Notes under the pieces: model-generated
Databases searched by the model: none
What the model was told of the DNA's origin: nothing
Seen by the model: the letters and a program-made list of their open reading frames with translations, nothing else
Program-made: the position numbers and the translations under genes
Shown: positions 1 through 12,186 of the stretch, in pieces
How positions within the stretch are numbered: position 1 is the stretch's first letter
Layout of the letters: every line of letters starts with the position of its first letter
NCBI GenBank assembly: GCA_002269645.1
Contig: NIVC01001327.1
Span: 1-54,132 of the forward strand
DNA from: Macrostomum lignano
Lineage: Eukaryota
Direction of reading: 5' to 3'
DNA: 54,132 nt

Positions 1-2233
1 CTAAAGAGGGAAGCAACCCCCTGTAACAATTGTTAGCTAAAGAACAGAACAGGCTATGCAAAGCTTCTATTGTATATGCTACTCCAGCTACTATACAAAG
101 AGACCAATGTTGTTTGCTTTGCAGGCAGAACTGGTACTACAGGGCTTCAAAAGTTGGGACCATCGTGCTAAATACACTGAACTAAATATGTGACTCAGAG
201 TGAGCTATGGACATTGTACACAGCTAGGCAGCTAAGTATCCGTAGATTCCTACGTGCCTGCAGTCAGCTTTAGTCTAAAGGATTGCATTAAGGGTTGCAA
301 GCTTTTGATTAAAGTTTTTAATTTGTAACATTTTTATCTACTGAAATTGAAATATGACATTTACTTTTAACTTTAAACTATTTTTTTGCATCATCACTAC
401 TAGCCTTATAAGAAATGTCAGCTAGTGTAGTTCATTTTTATCCTTGTGTTTTACTTAATTGGCCAATTTTTAATATTTATATCAATGAAAGAAATATAAG
501 TTTAAACTTGCATTCTTTGCTATTGTTCTCTTTGCATCAATTTGTTTTGATATTTGTCACCCCTCTACTATTCTATTATATATTTGTCTCAATAGTTAGC
601 AATCGGCATTAATTGACATGCTTGTGTACCAGGGGTTAGACTCCCTAATTTTAACTATCCTACTACTATTACCAAGTTGTAGCAGGCCTTCTGGCTCTCT
701 ATTTAATTCTAAAGTTTAATCACTGAACTGTACTAAATCTGCTAAGTTTGCTATTTCTAAGAATCCTATTTCTATACTTATATGTACTTTTACGTTATGG
801 GCTATCGTCGCTACGAGTTACCCTTGGTAGCTTCAGTGCCCGAGTGGCAAAACACTGCTGACTACTGCTAAATTCCTAAAATTATCCAGTCCAGACACGG
901 CGTTTACCATAGACTGAGGGTTTCCGGCTTCTTTTATTACTGTCTCTCATGACTTAGAACTGCATCACGCTAATCTGAGCAACCTGAAAATTCTCCCTTC
1001 CTGGGTAATCCAACTTTCACATTGGGTATTCCACCCTTCTACACTGGGTATTCCACCCTTTTACACTGGGTATTTCACCCTTTACATTGGGTATTCCACC
1101 CTCTTTACTGGCAATCCCTGCTTATCACTGTACTGGCAAAACGCTCTTTGCTATCCAACACAGTAACTTAGTCTGCAATACTGCTTCAAAGGACTAATTC
1201 AGTAGAACCAAGAAATCTTAATTTCCTATTAACTGAGTTAGGAACCCGAAAGGTTGAGGTTGAGGTTAAAGAAAGAATGTAATTTTTGCCTTGTATTTAT
1301 AGTGGTTAACATCTTGTCTAATTGGCTCGTGTAACATGCAATAAAACAACATCAAACTAAAACAAAAATTATTTCGCCTTATTAAAACAAAATTATACAT
1401 TAAAACAAATTATACAATAGATGTTATTTTGGTGAGAATTCAACTTTAAGAATAATAATAATTTCCTAGAATAAAATTTAACCCCTTCTACACTTGTTAT
1501 AAAAATTATGGGTGTATACAAGGGATTTTTGCCTAAAAGTAAGAAAATCCTAGATTATTACACCCTTGCCTTTGGTCAAAGTTGTTATATTTAAATTTTT
1601 ATGTCTTCCAGACTTGTTTAAGTTGTCATCATCATATGACAACTTTGAATGTGACAATTTTGGCTGCATTTGGTCAAGTTGTTAGGCCTATCATCATATG
1701 ACAATTTTGAAGGTGACAATTTCAATTATATCTATCTTGAATAGTAGATTTCTTCAACCAATGCTTCCTAACTCTAGTATGCAGATATTAACTAAACTAG
1801 CTCTGCACTCCTAATCAAGATTTTAAGCCTTTAAGGGCCAAATTTTGTTTGGTAAGAGTGTTATTCTTATCATTTTTAGACAGCAACCTAAGCTTAGATG
1901 ATAGGCCCTAAGGAAGCCAATGTTTAGCATGCAAAAATCAATTTATCCTTGGTAGGAGCACTTTTGACTTTTTGTTCCTTGCTCTTAAATCTATAGCACA
2001 TGACCTAGTAGTTTAAGCTATTTTAAATATATCTAGTATAAAATATATATATATATATATATATAAAATAAATATTAAACTATTTGAAAATATATTCTAC
2101 CTTAGCATTACCATGTAGAAAGACCAGTAGTGCTCTAATTAGATGGTTAAATAATAGTCATTTGCCAGTCACCTATAGCACTCTAGATCCAAGCAACTAT
2201 TAAATTGTCATTAAGCTATGCCTTGTCCAACTT

Positions 2234-2830
2234 AAGTTGCTAAAGTTGTACCTCACCTTCTAGGTTGGCAATATTAGCCTTTAGAATCATGGCAAAGAGC
2301 TTATAAGCAAAAAAACCAAGCCTAAATGGCATGTAAATCCTTTTGCTTCAAAGCATCTAAAACTTGATAGGTGCAAGAGTTGCCAAAAATATATATATTG
2401 TGCAAATTAATAGTCCCAACCAAAAAGAATTCCCCATGCATAGTAGACAGATAGAAAATTCATTTTGCTTATTTACTAATGTCCTTATAATATAGTAACA
2501 GTTGAATTGTAGTGTCATTATTATTTACAAATAAAAACATTTTAATTGACAATTTGGCTTAATAAAACAAAGAAGCCAATTGCTTTATAACATTGAAGAT
2601 CAATTGTAATGTATATAGTCTATGCTACATAAGTTGCTAAAGTTGTACCTAGCTTTCTTATTAGAATCATGGCAAAGAGAAGCTTTTGCTTCAAAGCATC
2701 TAAAAAAATTGCCAAAAACTATATATTTTTATGCGAATTCCACCAAAAAGAATGGCTTCAAAATTTTGCTTATTTATTAGTAACCGAAAAGCATACTAGC
2801 ATAACATTGAAATCAATTGTAATCTATCTT
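2234..2830 (+). repeat. Degenerate tandem duplication of an AT-rich segment
   Basis: AAGTTGCTAAAGTTGTACCT...TTAGAATCATGGCAAAGAG...CTTTTGCTTCAAAGCATCTAAAA occurs at ~2234 and again at ~2631 with internal deletions. Confidence 0.7.
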
Positions 2831-3074
2831 GTCTTTCTTATTAGAACAGAAGCTAAAATTGCTCCAGTGGCTTCAAAATATTGACCTTACTAGCATAGTC
2901 TTCTAGTCTAGCTTTTTCTTATGTGGTAGAAACAAACTGATTTGGGACATGCTCAATAATAAATACTGTTGTTTACAGCAAACAAATATTTACAACTTGT
3001 AAAAAGGCAAGCGTTTTTAAAATTCAAAACATTCATGAAAAAAATGGTCCTCTTCATTAATAGAAAACTTAAAG

Positions 3075-3420
3075 CAGAGGTTAGTAAACTCTGGCCTATA
3101 GGCTATATATGGCCCACAAAGCCTTTCTATCTAGCCTTTGGGTCTTTAGGCACTTTAGAATAACAATCTAATCTATCCAAGGCTTGTCTCTTTTTAGTTT
3201 TCTCTATTTTCTTCTTTCTCTTCCTTTCCTCTCCTATCTTTTCTTTTCCCTTCTCATCTCTTTTCTTTTCTTATCTCCTTTATTCCTCTCTTATTTCTTC
3301 TACTTTCTTCTTTCAAATCTTCTCTCTTTCTCTCTCTCTCTCTGCCATTTTCATCTGGCTTATGGTCATGAGCTAGATTCTTTATTTGGTCTTTCAGGTA
3401 TAAAAGTTTGCTGGCCCCTG
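3075..3420. mobile_element. hAT-family MITE (old, CpG-decayed)
   Basis: Imperfect TIRs CAGAGGTTAGTAAACT (3075) and AGTTTGCTGGCCCCTG (ends 3420); exact 8-bp TSD ACTTAAAG at 3067-3074 and 3421-3428; subterminal GGCCTATAGGCT resembles the GGCCCGCGGGCC motif typical of hAT/Charlie MITEs. Confidence 0.8.
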
Positions 3421-4505
3421 ACTTAAAGTGACAATAAATGTTGTGGATAAATATCTCAATGAACTTTGTAAGGCAAATGTATCATAGACATATTGTACCA
3501 TATTATAGATATGATACAGCAAATAGCCATGTTGACAAGTCCTATAAAGCCAAGGTTTTCCTTCAAGATTCACTCAACAACTCCACTCTTAGAATGTTGT
3601 ATTATATTGCAATTGTCTATCATTATAGATAATCTATTCAATTGGAATTTCATTGTCATTTTAAAAATTGTTTTATCTAGATTTGTAGCCATAGTTGATA
3701 TCAAACTTGCAACATAATGCAAAAAGCCAGTAATACTGAATAAGTCTTGCAACAAAAAAGTGCACTATAATGCCAAGGTACTTGGCTTTTTTGTTAAACT
3801 CATCTATGTGCAAGGAGTACCACTGAAATTTTCATATATTGGCAAGGATAAGATTGCAAAGGTATAAGTAGAGCCTCAGTTAGCAGCTATGTTACCTTTG
3901 GTTGCACAAATCTATATCTTGGCAAGTATTCACAAGTTGCTACAGATGGTTTTGAGGTCCTCAACAAGATCATCCTCCAAGTAAATGCTTCACTTTTTTA
4001 GTTATAATCTCATGCCATAGACATTACTGAAGCCAATAAAAAAATTGTTATGCTCAAGGTTATTAATGTTACTTTGGTTAGGAAAGAGGCTACTTAGAAC
4101 ATAAATAGCTTTGAATATTTGTAAAACCACTCTGCTCCAAATGCTAAAATTCTTTTTTATTTTGCACTAGCTGCACTTTAATTTGAATTTGCCACTTTAG
4201 TATGTCTAGAGGTCATTTTATTGCCATTCTTATCTATCTCTTTGAGCCACTCTAAATTCCATTTTATATTCTTAGACTTGGCCATTTTAGGCAACTGGCT
4301 AAAAATTATGACATGTCACATGATGATAATCAGGGCTAAAAGTATCATTCAGATTTATTGACTGAATCTTTATAAAATATCAATAAACAAACATATCAAC
4401 TGAAGAGCAAAACATGTAGAATAATGCAATATCTAAACTTATATATGTCAATTCTATCCCATTGAATTTATTTACTAATGATCAATCATTAGATTTAGAT
4501 ATAAG

Positions 4506-4785
4506 CATACATGCGCAACCTCCGAAATTCGGTCAGCCATGCAACTTAGTTTTAACAAAAATGCGACGTAGTTTTTGGCCAAAAATGTGACTTACATGTA
4601 AAAAAACCCTAAAGCAAAATTAGCGCAACTTTGGGTAAACGGCAGGAGTAACTATGACTGTCCTATTAAGCCAAAATGCCTCGTCAGCTACTTAGTACTA
4701 CTACTTGGTTAATTTTTCGGGTGGGCATTTTTGCGACTTCCTTGGTTGGCTGCCAAATCGGTCGGCCGACTGTTGCGCATGTATG
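4506..4785. mobile_element. hAT-family MITE (young), 280 bp
   Basis: Perfect 14-bp TIR CATACATGCGCAAC (4506-4519) / GTTGCGCATGTATG (4772-4785); exact 8-bp TSD GATATAAG at 4498-4505 and 4786-4793; retains CpGs unlike its flanks. Confidence 0.9.
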
Positions 4786-5662
4786 GATATAAGATTAGAA
4801 GTGTCTAAAATAAAGGGAAGCTTGAATTAAAAATCTATGCAAGCAAAAGAACAAATGCTAAAATGCAAAAAAGCTTTTGATTTTTGGCTTGAATTTTTAA
4901 GTTAAAAAAATTGTGAAGTCCCAGAAATTGGACTTTTAGATTACCTTAGGTCATTTTTGCCCAAATTCATGCCATTGTGGAAGCATTGTCTATTAAAATT
5001 TTAAGTATCTGATAGTTGTTTGTCTATTTCATATTTGTTGTACTTTAACTACACTTTTGACTACTATAACAGCTATAATCAAAATCAATATTAAAAGTGA
5101 TGTCATCATGCTTCATTAGAAATAGCTATGCCAAAATCTTCTCATAGCAGTCTTTGGTTTAGTGCAGTGTTAAAAATAGACCTAAGGAAATGTTGGACTG
5201 CAGGCCTTGGAGGTCAGCACTCCAGCACTATGCACCATCCTGACAATTGTTGTCTATGCTAATGTGACTTAAATTTAATCTTGCAGCTAAATTTTTTTTT
5301 AATATAGACTCCTGAAGCAGTCTGGAGTTGGTAAAACAAGATAGAAGATGCTAATTTAATTTTTTTAATATTAAGGAAAAATGCAAACTTTGCTACTGAA
5401 AAATGAGTAGAATGAGTGCATTTTTTGTAAGTGAAATATTTTAATGTGGATTATGAGCATGAGCATGTCATAGAATCCTGATTCACATCCTGAGATCCCA
5501 ACAATAACTAGAATCCCAATTTTGACCAATGTTATAAATTTTGTTTAACTAGGCACGATTAGCTCCCTTGGCTGCTAGGATCTCATTCAAATCCATCTTC
5601 TGTCTGAGCAGCCCGCACCTGCCAATCAACTGCAGCCTCCAGCATCAGGCCAGCCAGCCAGC

Positions 5663-8600
5663 ATGCAGCTCAAGCTGGCGCGGGCCCTGTTCACCGCCCG
5701 CATAGTCTGGCGCAACTTCAGCCGCGGCCTCCCAATCCGGGTGATGCTGCTGCAGGTGCTCGTGACCTTCTGCGTCCTGCTGCCGCTGCTGTGCGCCGGG
5801 CTGCCCCACTCCGCCTATTACTGGCCCGGCGACCTGCGCAAGACCAACTTCCACCTGCGCAACGAGGACGAGAGACGCGTCGCCCAGGGCAACAGCTATA
5901 TTGCCGCGCTGAAGGGCCAGCGCTGGGCCTACCTGCCGGATGAGGGAGCCAAGGTGCGCCGGCCTGAACGAATGACGAATGAGGTTTTAAGGATATACTA
6001 GCAATCAGCGTCCCCCCGTTGGGGAGCCAACAAAGAATGAAATAAAAAAATTGAATAAACTACATGTACCTTCTGACCTCTGAGCCGTGAAATCTCAGCA
6101 ATTCCCCCTCCCGTAAGCCCTGACGTCTCAGCGCCCCTCCTCCCGTAAGCCTTGAAATCTGCATTTGCATTCGGCATTCAGACAGCCTTTTTTGATATGG
6201 CTAAAACGGCCCTTTTTAGGCTCATATACCTTTATGATGTTTTTTGGTTTTATCCCACATAAGTAGAATTTCAGGAAGTTTTGTATTTGAAACATCGATG
6301 TTTGAAACGGCCATTCCCTACTGGGAATTTTTGTTTATCAGTTACCACCGAGGTATGGCTTGGAAGTCAAGGTGTTGTTGCACTCTAGGAAATCTTTTTT
6401 TCAATTCGATTGGCTTTTTTAAAGTCAACAGATCAGAGAATCTGTGATTCGGAAGATTTTTTGGGGAAATTTAATCGAAATTGTAAGGATTAAAAAACTT
6501 GCGTCTGGCTCTGACATTCAAACAGATTTTTGCTAATACTGAAACGGCCCTTTTTAGGGCTCAAAAATATTATTTCTATTTTATCCCAAAAGTGGGACTG
6601 TTAATGTTTGCGGATTTCAATTTTAAGCGAGGCATCATTTTGGGATCTTTTGTCCTAATGTTTTTAACAGGTCTCAGGGCCGCTATGTTACTGCGGTTAA
6701 ATTTATCCCATTCGCAGGGCCCGCGACTCGCCGTGGCCGTGCTGGCCGTGGACCGCAATAACCGGCGCATTGATGCCTACCAGCCACACTACCTGACGCA
6801 GACTCTGCACTCCCTGTTGGCCTCCGCTGACCGGGACAAACGGCTCTACGGCGGCCGCTTCCGCTCCCTGCAGGTGGCCGTCTGCAATGCCGAACAGCAG
6901 CCGCACCGGTTCGCCGAGGCCAAGCGCTGGGAGCAGGTCTGTCTGTAGCTGGATTGTCTGTAGCTGGAGTGTGTCTGTCTGTAGCTGGAGTGTGTCTGTC
7001 TGTAGCTGGAGTGTCTGTCTGTAGCTGGATTGTCTGTAGCTGGAGTGTCTGTCTGTAGCTGGAGTGTCTATCTGTAGCTGGATTGTCTGTAGCTGGAGTG
7101 TCTATCTGTAGCTGGATTGTCTGTAGCTGGAGTGTCTGTCTGTAGCTGGAGTGTCTATCTGTAGCTGGATTGTCTGTAGCTGGAGTGTCTGTCTGTAGCT
7201 GGATTGCTGTAGCTGGAGTGTCTGTCTGTAGCTGGAGTGTCTATCTGTAGCTGGATTGTCTGTAGCTGGATTGTCTGTCTGTAGCTGGATTGTCTGTAGC
7301 TGGAGTGTGTCTGTATGTAGCTGGAGTGTCTGTCTGTAGCTGGATTGTCTGTAGCTGGAGTGTCTATCTGTAGCTGGAGTGTCTGTCTGTAGCTGGAGTG
7401 TCTGTCTGTAGCTGGAGTGTCTGTAGCTGGATTGGCTCTCTGTAGCTAGAGTGTCTGTCTGTAGCTGGATTGGCTCTCTGTAGCTAGAGTGTCTGTCTGT
7501 AGCTGGAGTGTTCGTTTGTAGCTGGAGTGTGTCTGTAGCTGGAGTGTCTGTCTGTAGCCGGAGTGTCTGTCTGTAGCTGGAGTGTCTGTCTGTAGCCGGA
7601 GTGTCTGTCTGTAGCTGGAGTGTCTGTCTGTAGCCGGAGTGTCTGTCTGTTTCTGGAGTGTCTGTCTGTTGCTAGAGTAGCTTCAGGGTCTGTAGATTGG
7701 GTGCCTGTAGCTGTGATCTTTGTAGCACAGATATCTGTAATGTAGCTGGAGTGCCTGTAGGTAAGTATTTACCTGTCTGTTGGTTAGTCTGTAGCTGTCT
7801 GTTGGTCAGTCTGTAGCTGTCTGTTGGTCAGTCTGTAGCTGTCTGTTGGTCAGTCTGTAGCTGTCTGTTGGTCAGTCTGTAGCTGTCTGTTGGCAGTCTG
7901 TAGCTGAGCACCCCCTCGCATCTCCAGGCGCTGCCGGTGCTGTCCCGCCAGCACCCGCCCGAGCTGCCGCTGCCCGTCAGCGCCAGCGCCAGCCGCTGCC
8001 GGCCGAAGGCGGACTGGGCCTGGTGCCTGGGCGCCCTGGCCGCCGCCAGCCCCGACGCGGACTGGCTGGCTGTGGTGGAGGACGACCAGCTGGCGAGGCT
8101 GGACGCGGTCTCCGCCCTGCACGACATCATGGACTCGAAGCTGGCCCGCAGGTACGGCGACCAGCGCCTGGCCCGGGTGGGCCTGGTGCACCTGCACTCG
8201 CCGGCCAGCGAGCTCCGCTACCGCTGGCTGGACGCCGGCACCTGGCTGGAGCTCATGCTCATCGGCGGCTGCATCGGCGGCGCCTGCTTCATGCTGTACT
8301 ACCGGATGTTCTGCAACCCCATGCTGTTCTTGCCGAACCTCTGCCTGGCCAGCTTCCTCTTCATCTACTCGCTGGCGGTGGCCGTGGCGGTGGGCCGCCC
8401 CAACTGGCTGGCCGCCCGCCACGCCCTCACCCGCATCTACAGCCTGGACGAGCCGCTGTCCGCCAACTTCTCCGCCGTGCTGCTGCCGCGCCAGTCACAG
8501 CTGCTGTTGAACGGCTCCGGCGGCCGCGCCTCGCCGCTGACTGGCTGCTGGGGCGCCGAGCAGGTGGACGCGGCGATGCGGTCGGCCGGCAGGCGGGTGC

Positions 8601-8686
8601 TGGCGGTGTACCCCAGCCTGCTGCGCCACGTAGGTCTGTACAGCGCCCACTCTGGCGGCCTGCTGGCGCCGCACCTGCTGGACTGA
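5663..8686 (+). CDS. PGAP4: GPI-anchor GalNAc transferase PGAP4/TMEM246 homolog; exons 5663-5953, 6718-6936, 7928-8686
   Basis: Three exons join in phase 0 with GT-AG ends. Motifs match my recollection of PGAP4: N-terminal TM (LLQVLVTFCVLLPLLC), PRLAVAVLAVDR, VCNAE, DWAWCL...WLAVVEDD (EDD metal-binding motif), two C-terminal TMs and YPSLLRHVGLYS. Confidence 0.85.
6937..7903 (+). repeat. Minisatellites filling PGAP4 intron 2 (15-19 bp GTCTGTCTGTAGCTGGAGT; then 22 bp CTGTCTGTTGGTCAGTCTGTAG)
   Basis: Visible tandem units from the donor (6937) to ~7680, and from ~7780 to 7903. Confidence 0.95.
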
Positions 8687-9359
8687 CCGGCCGGGCCGTT
8701 CACGACATTCGCTTGCACATTCCCCAAGCTGGCAGGCTTCATTCATTTCTGCCAGACATTCAAATTCCCTGTAGCTTCATGCACCAGCCGTATTTCACTT
8801 CCCCAATGCTGTGCAAGCAATTTCATGAACTCCAAAATCCACAGTTGTTGAAGCCAATCTCCAAAACCTGCACAGAGCCCACAGATCGCACAATATTTAA
8901 CATGCTAATCTTGTGCGTTCTTTTTCTATCCGCACTACTTACATAGAGCGGTTCAGTAGCCACTTTTGCTTTTTTTATTGCTTTGTACCGGGGCGATTGA
9001 ATACTGTAGCAATTTTAGTTAGTAGAAATATTGCAGCCTTTTTATTGTGACTGTGAAACAGTTTGGTTCATTCCTGATTTTTATTTATTTATTGCCATGG
9101 CTTTGAGCTGAGTCTGTCAGCAGCTGATTTGATCACCCAAATTCAGTTAATACTGCCTTCACTATTGTCACGTGACAATGCAAAATTTGACCGGGCCGAA
9201 TATTTTATTTGTGTTTTTTGCAGAATAAACTGGTGTGTAACTCTCTCCGGACTGCTTATTCTCCGTCCTGGTTGCGCGGAGCTCTTCAACTTTAAAGCCA
9301 TAACTGAAACCTGTTTGTGTATTTAAGCAATTCATTTTTTACCATGTACTTGACTAATA

Positions 9360-9910
9360 GGCTGGGAGGGGATATGCAGACAGACGGGATTAGTGAGAGG
9401 CTGGGAAGGGGAGATGCAGATTGATGGAATTAGTGAGAGGCTGGGAAGGGGAGATGCAGATTGATGGGATTAATGAGAGGCTGGGAGGGGAGATGCAGAT
9501 TGATGAGATTAGTGAGAGGCTGGGAGGGGAGATGCAGATTGATGGGATTAATGAGAGGCTGGGAGGGGAGATGCAGATTGATGGGATTAATGAGAGGCTG
9601 GGAGGGGAGATGCAGATTGATGAGATTAATGAGAGGCTGGGAGGGGAGATGCAGATTGATGGGATTGGGAATAATAAGAGGCTGGGAGGGGAGATGCAGA
9701 TTGATGAGATTAATGAGAGGCTGGGAATGAGATGCAGATTGATGGGATTAATGAGAGGCTGGGAGGGGAGATGCAGATTGATGGAATTATTGAGAGGCTG
9801 GGGGGGGGGAGATGCAGATTGATGGGAATAATGAGAGGCTGGGAGCCGGCAGGGGACATGCAGATTGATGGAACTTATGGGAGGCTTGGAGGGGAGATGC
9901 AGATTAGTGG
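9360..9910 (+). repeat. 39-bp minisatellite GAGATGCAGATTGATGGGATTAATGAGAGGCTGGGAGGG
   Basis: About 13-14 tandem units between the convergent PGAP4 and Der p 7-like genes. Confidence 0.95.
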
Positions 9911-10125
9911 GATTAAGACGCATACGGAGGGGATCAGATGGGAAAACTTATTCTACTCTTGCGTGTAAATCTTGATCCCATGCAATCAGGGCTGCGTGGC
10001 AACTGCACAATGCAATGACCTTGGTTATTTATTGCTGAGTTGGTTTATTCATTCAGAGACCGCAAGCGCGCACGGGATTTACTTAGCCATTGGGCTGTCT
10101 GTTACCATGGAAATACACCGACAGT

Positions 10126-11709
10126 TCAGGCCAGCAGCGGCAGCTGAATGTCCTGCAGCAGCATCCTGACCTGAATGCGCACCAGGACTTCGATCACCTT
10201 GACCAGTGCGCCGCGGATCGCATTGACCAGCGCGTTGGTCACCGGGTTGATGATCCAGTCTAGCGGGCCCAGGCCGCTGAACCGCACCGTGATGCTGGAC
10301 ATACTCGAGATGGAGAACCTCTCCAGGTCGGGACTGTCGCCGGAGCCTAGAGTGGCGCTGATCCGGGCGTCCACGGTGACCCGATCCACCGTCAGGCTCA
10401 GCTTCGAGTCCACGCCGATGCCCATGAACTTTGCATGCCCGTTGAAGGCGCCCCAGAGGTTGTTGACCCCGATCTGGGCGTTCGGTTTGGGTTTTCTATT
10501 TTGGAGGTTAATCGTTATAATGTACATGTATAATGTCATGATGGGAAGGCTGAGGGAACCCTACTAGCTGTTACACATGTGCATGGAGTGGATTCACAAG
10601 GACCACTGGAGGTGGTGCTTTCACAAGGTCGAAATTTCACAACGTCGGAAAAATACACTTCAGAGATGGGAAAATTGAACTGTTTTCATCACAAAATCAC
10701 TGTTTGCATATTTAGATCTGGAACAGTGAAGATTGTCATTTCTTTAATTAAGCATGTACAGCATGTTACTCTGGTGCTGTTGTATTTTATATTATTATAT
10801 AGTTGTGGAGTTGTGGTGTAAGTATCATTTTCATGCTTTTTGATAAGCCCAAGCCAAAGTTGTAAGTACATGTACTCGAGTGAAATTTTTGTTTTGTTGC
10901 TTCTTGAAAAGATAAAGAAGTATTGCATGCAGGTACTCTCAATCTATTAATTGTAGATATAATTAAACTCGTAGTTTAATTATAGCTCGTAATTGCTGTT
11001 GCGACCTACATGCAACATTTTTATTACAAATATACTTCATCCAAGCTTATGAAATAAAAAACAATATAAAAATGAAACTCATCACAGAATTTACCATATA
11101 AAACACAGCAGAGTGACATGCTGTACATGTTAAATTAAAGAACTGGCAATCTTCCCTGGCCCCAGAAAAAATGCTATCAAATTGATTCTGTGATGAAGAA
11201 AGGAGAATTTTTCCTACATGCATCTTCCCATCTTCACATCTGTACACTACATGTACATGCAAGTTTAGCAACTGTGTTCGAGACTTGCTTCCAAAGAGAG
11301 GGCTCTAAATTAGCAGGTGCATGTCTATAATGACAGTTAAAGGACGCGATGCACCTACATTGGCATCAATGGTGAGAGTGTTTCCCTGTGTCTCAATGCG
11401 GCAGTCGCCGGAGCGGTGCAGAGTGGACAGGCCGTGCATCCGGCCATCCGTGAGGCCGATGCTGCCGTGCACGGTGACCAGCAGGATCTTCTTGGAGAAG
11501 TCAATCACCAGGTTGTCCAGGGGCAGCGGGTCCATGTTGTTCTCGCGCAGGTGCGGCCCGAGCTTGGCCATCAGCAGGTCAATGTAGCGGTTTGCCGACT
11601 CCTCGGCTGGCGTCGGCGATCTGCTGGGTGCGCCGGCGGCCTGCAGGCAGCTGCCCGCCACCATAATGACGACTGCCAGCAGCATCGGATTTGGAAGGCG
11701 ATGCTTCAT
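10126..11709 (-). CDS. Secreted group-7 mite allergen (Der p 7)-like / TULIP lipid-binding protein, ~232 aa; exons 11709-11359 and 10473-10126
   Basis: Signal peptide (MLLAVVIMVAGSCLQA); family-like motifs NRYID...MDPLPL...FSKKILLVTVHG...GLSTLHRSGD and FSGLGPLDWIIN; phase-0 junction AAT|GTAGGT ... CCCAG|ATC. Confidence 0.75.
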
Positions 11710-11728
11710 TCGCGGGATCTACGTGAAA

Positions 11729-12186
11729 CATTGGCGTAGGAACGTTTCAAAAAGTGGGGAGCCAGGTTCAGTGGCGGATTTACATGTAAGGGGGGCCGGA
11801 GCGTACAGTGCCCCGTCGAGTATGAAAATGTGTTTTTCCTAATTTTTTTATGGAAAATGCACATCATGTACCGATTCTTTTCAGAACCCGTCTTGTCATC
11901 ACTCATTTTAAAGCGCCGCAGGCACTCAATTTAAATTTAGCGTCACAGGCACTCATTTTAGCGCTGCAGGCACTCATTTTAGCGACGCAGGCACTCAATT
12001 TGGCGCTGCAGCGCTATATTTTGTCGCCCTGCAGCAAAATGCATTCATGCAAAAGCAGCAAAAACCAAAAATAAGCAAAAAAGTCTACATTTTACATTTA
12101 AATATACCATTACTGCCCACCTCCCCTATTTTAAAAGTATAGGGGGGCCATGGCGCCCACTGTCCCCCCGTTCCTACGCGCCTATG
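11729..12186. mobile_element. Possible hAT-like MITE just upstream of the Der p 7-like start codon
   Basis: Imperfect inverted ends CATTGGCGTAGGAAC / GTTCCTACGCGCCTATG, G/C-rich subtermini and internal ~21-bp tandem repeats (11920-12010). No TSD found. Confidence 0.45.

Noticed and set aside
900-1340. Possible solo LTR on the - strand (TGTTACA start at ~1336, TATAAATA, 22-bp internal repeats)
   Set aside because: No matching second LTR, 3' end or TSD identified.
415-3755. Short AT-rich ORFs of 60-80 aa
   Set aside because: Low-complexity chance ORFs in decayed TE DNA with no codon bias.
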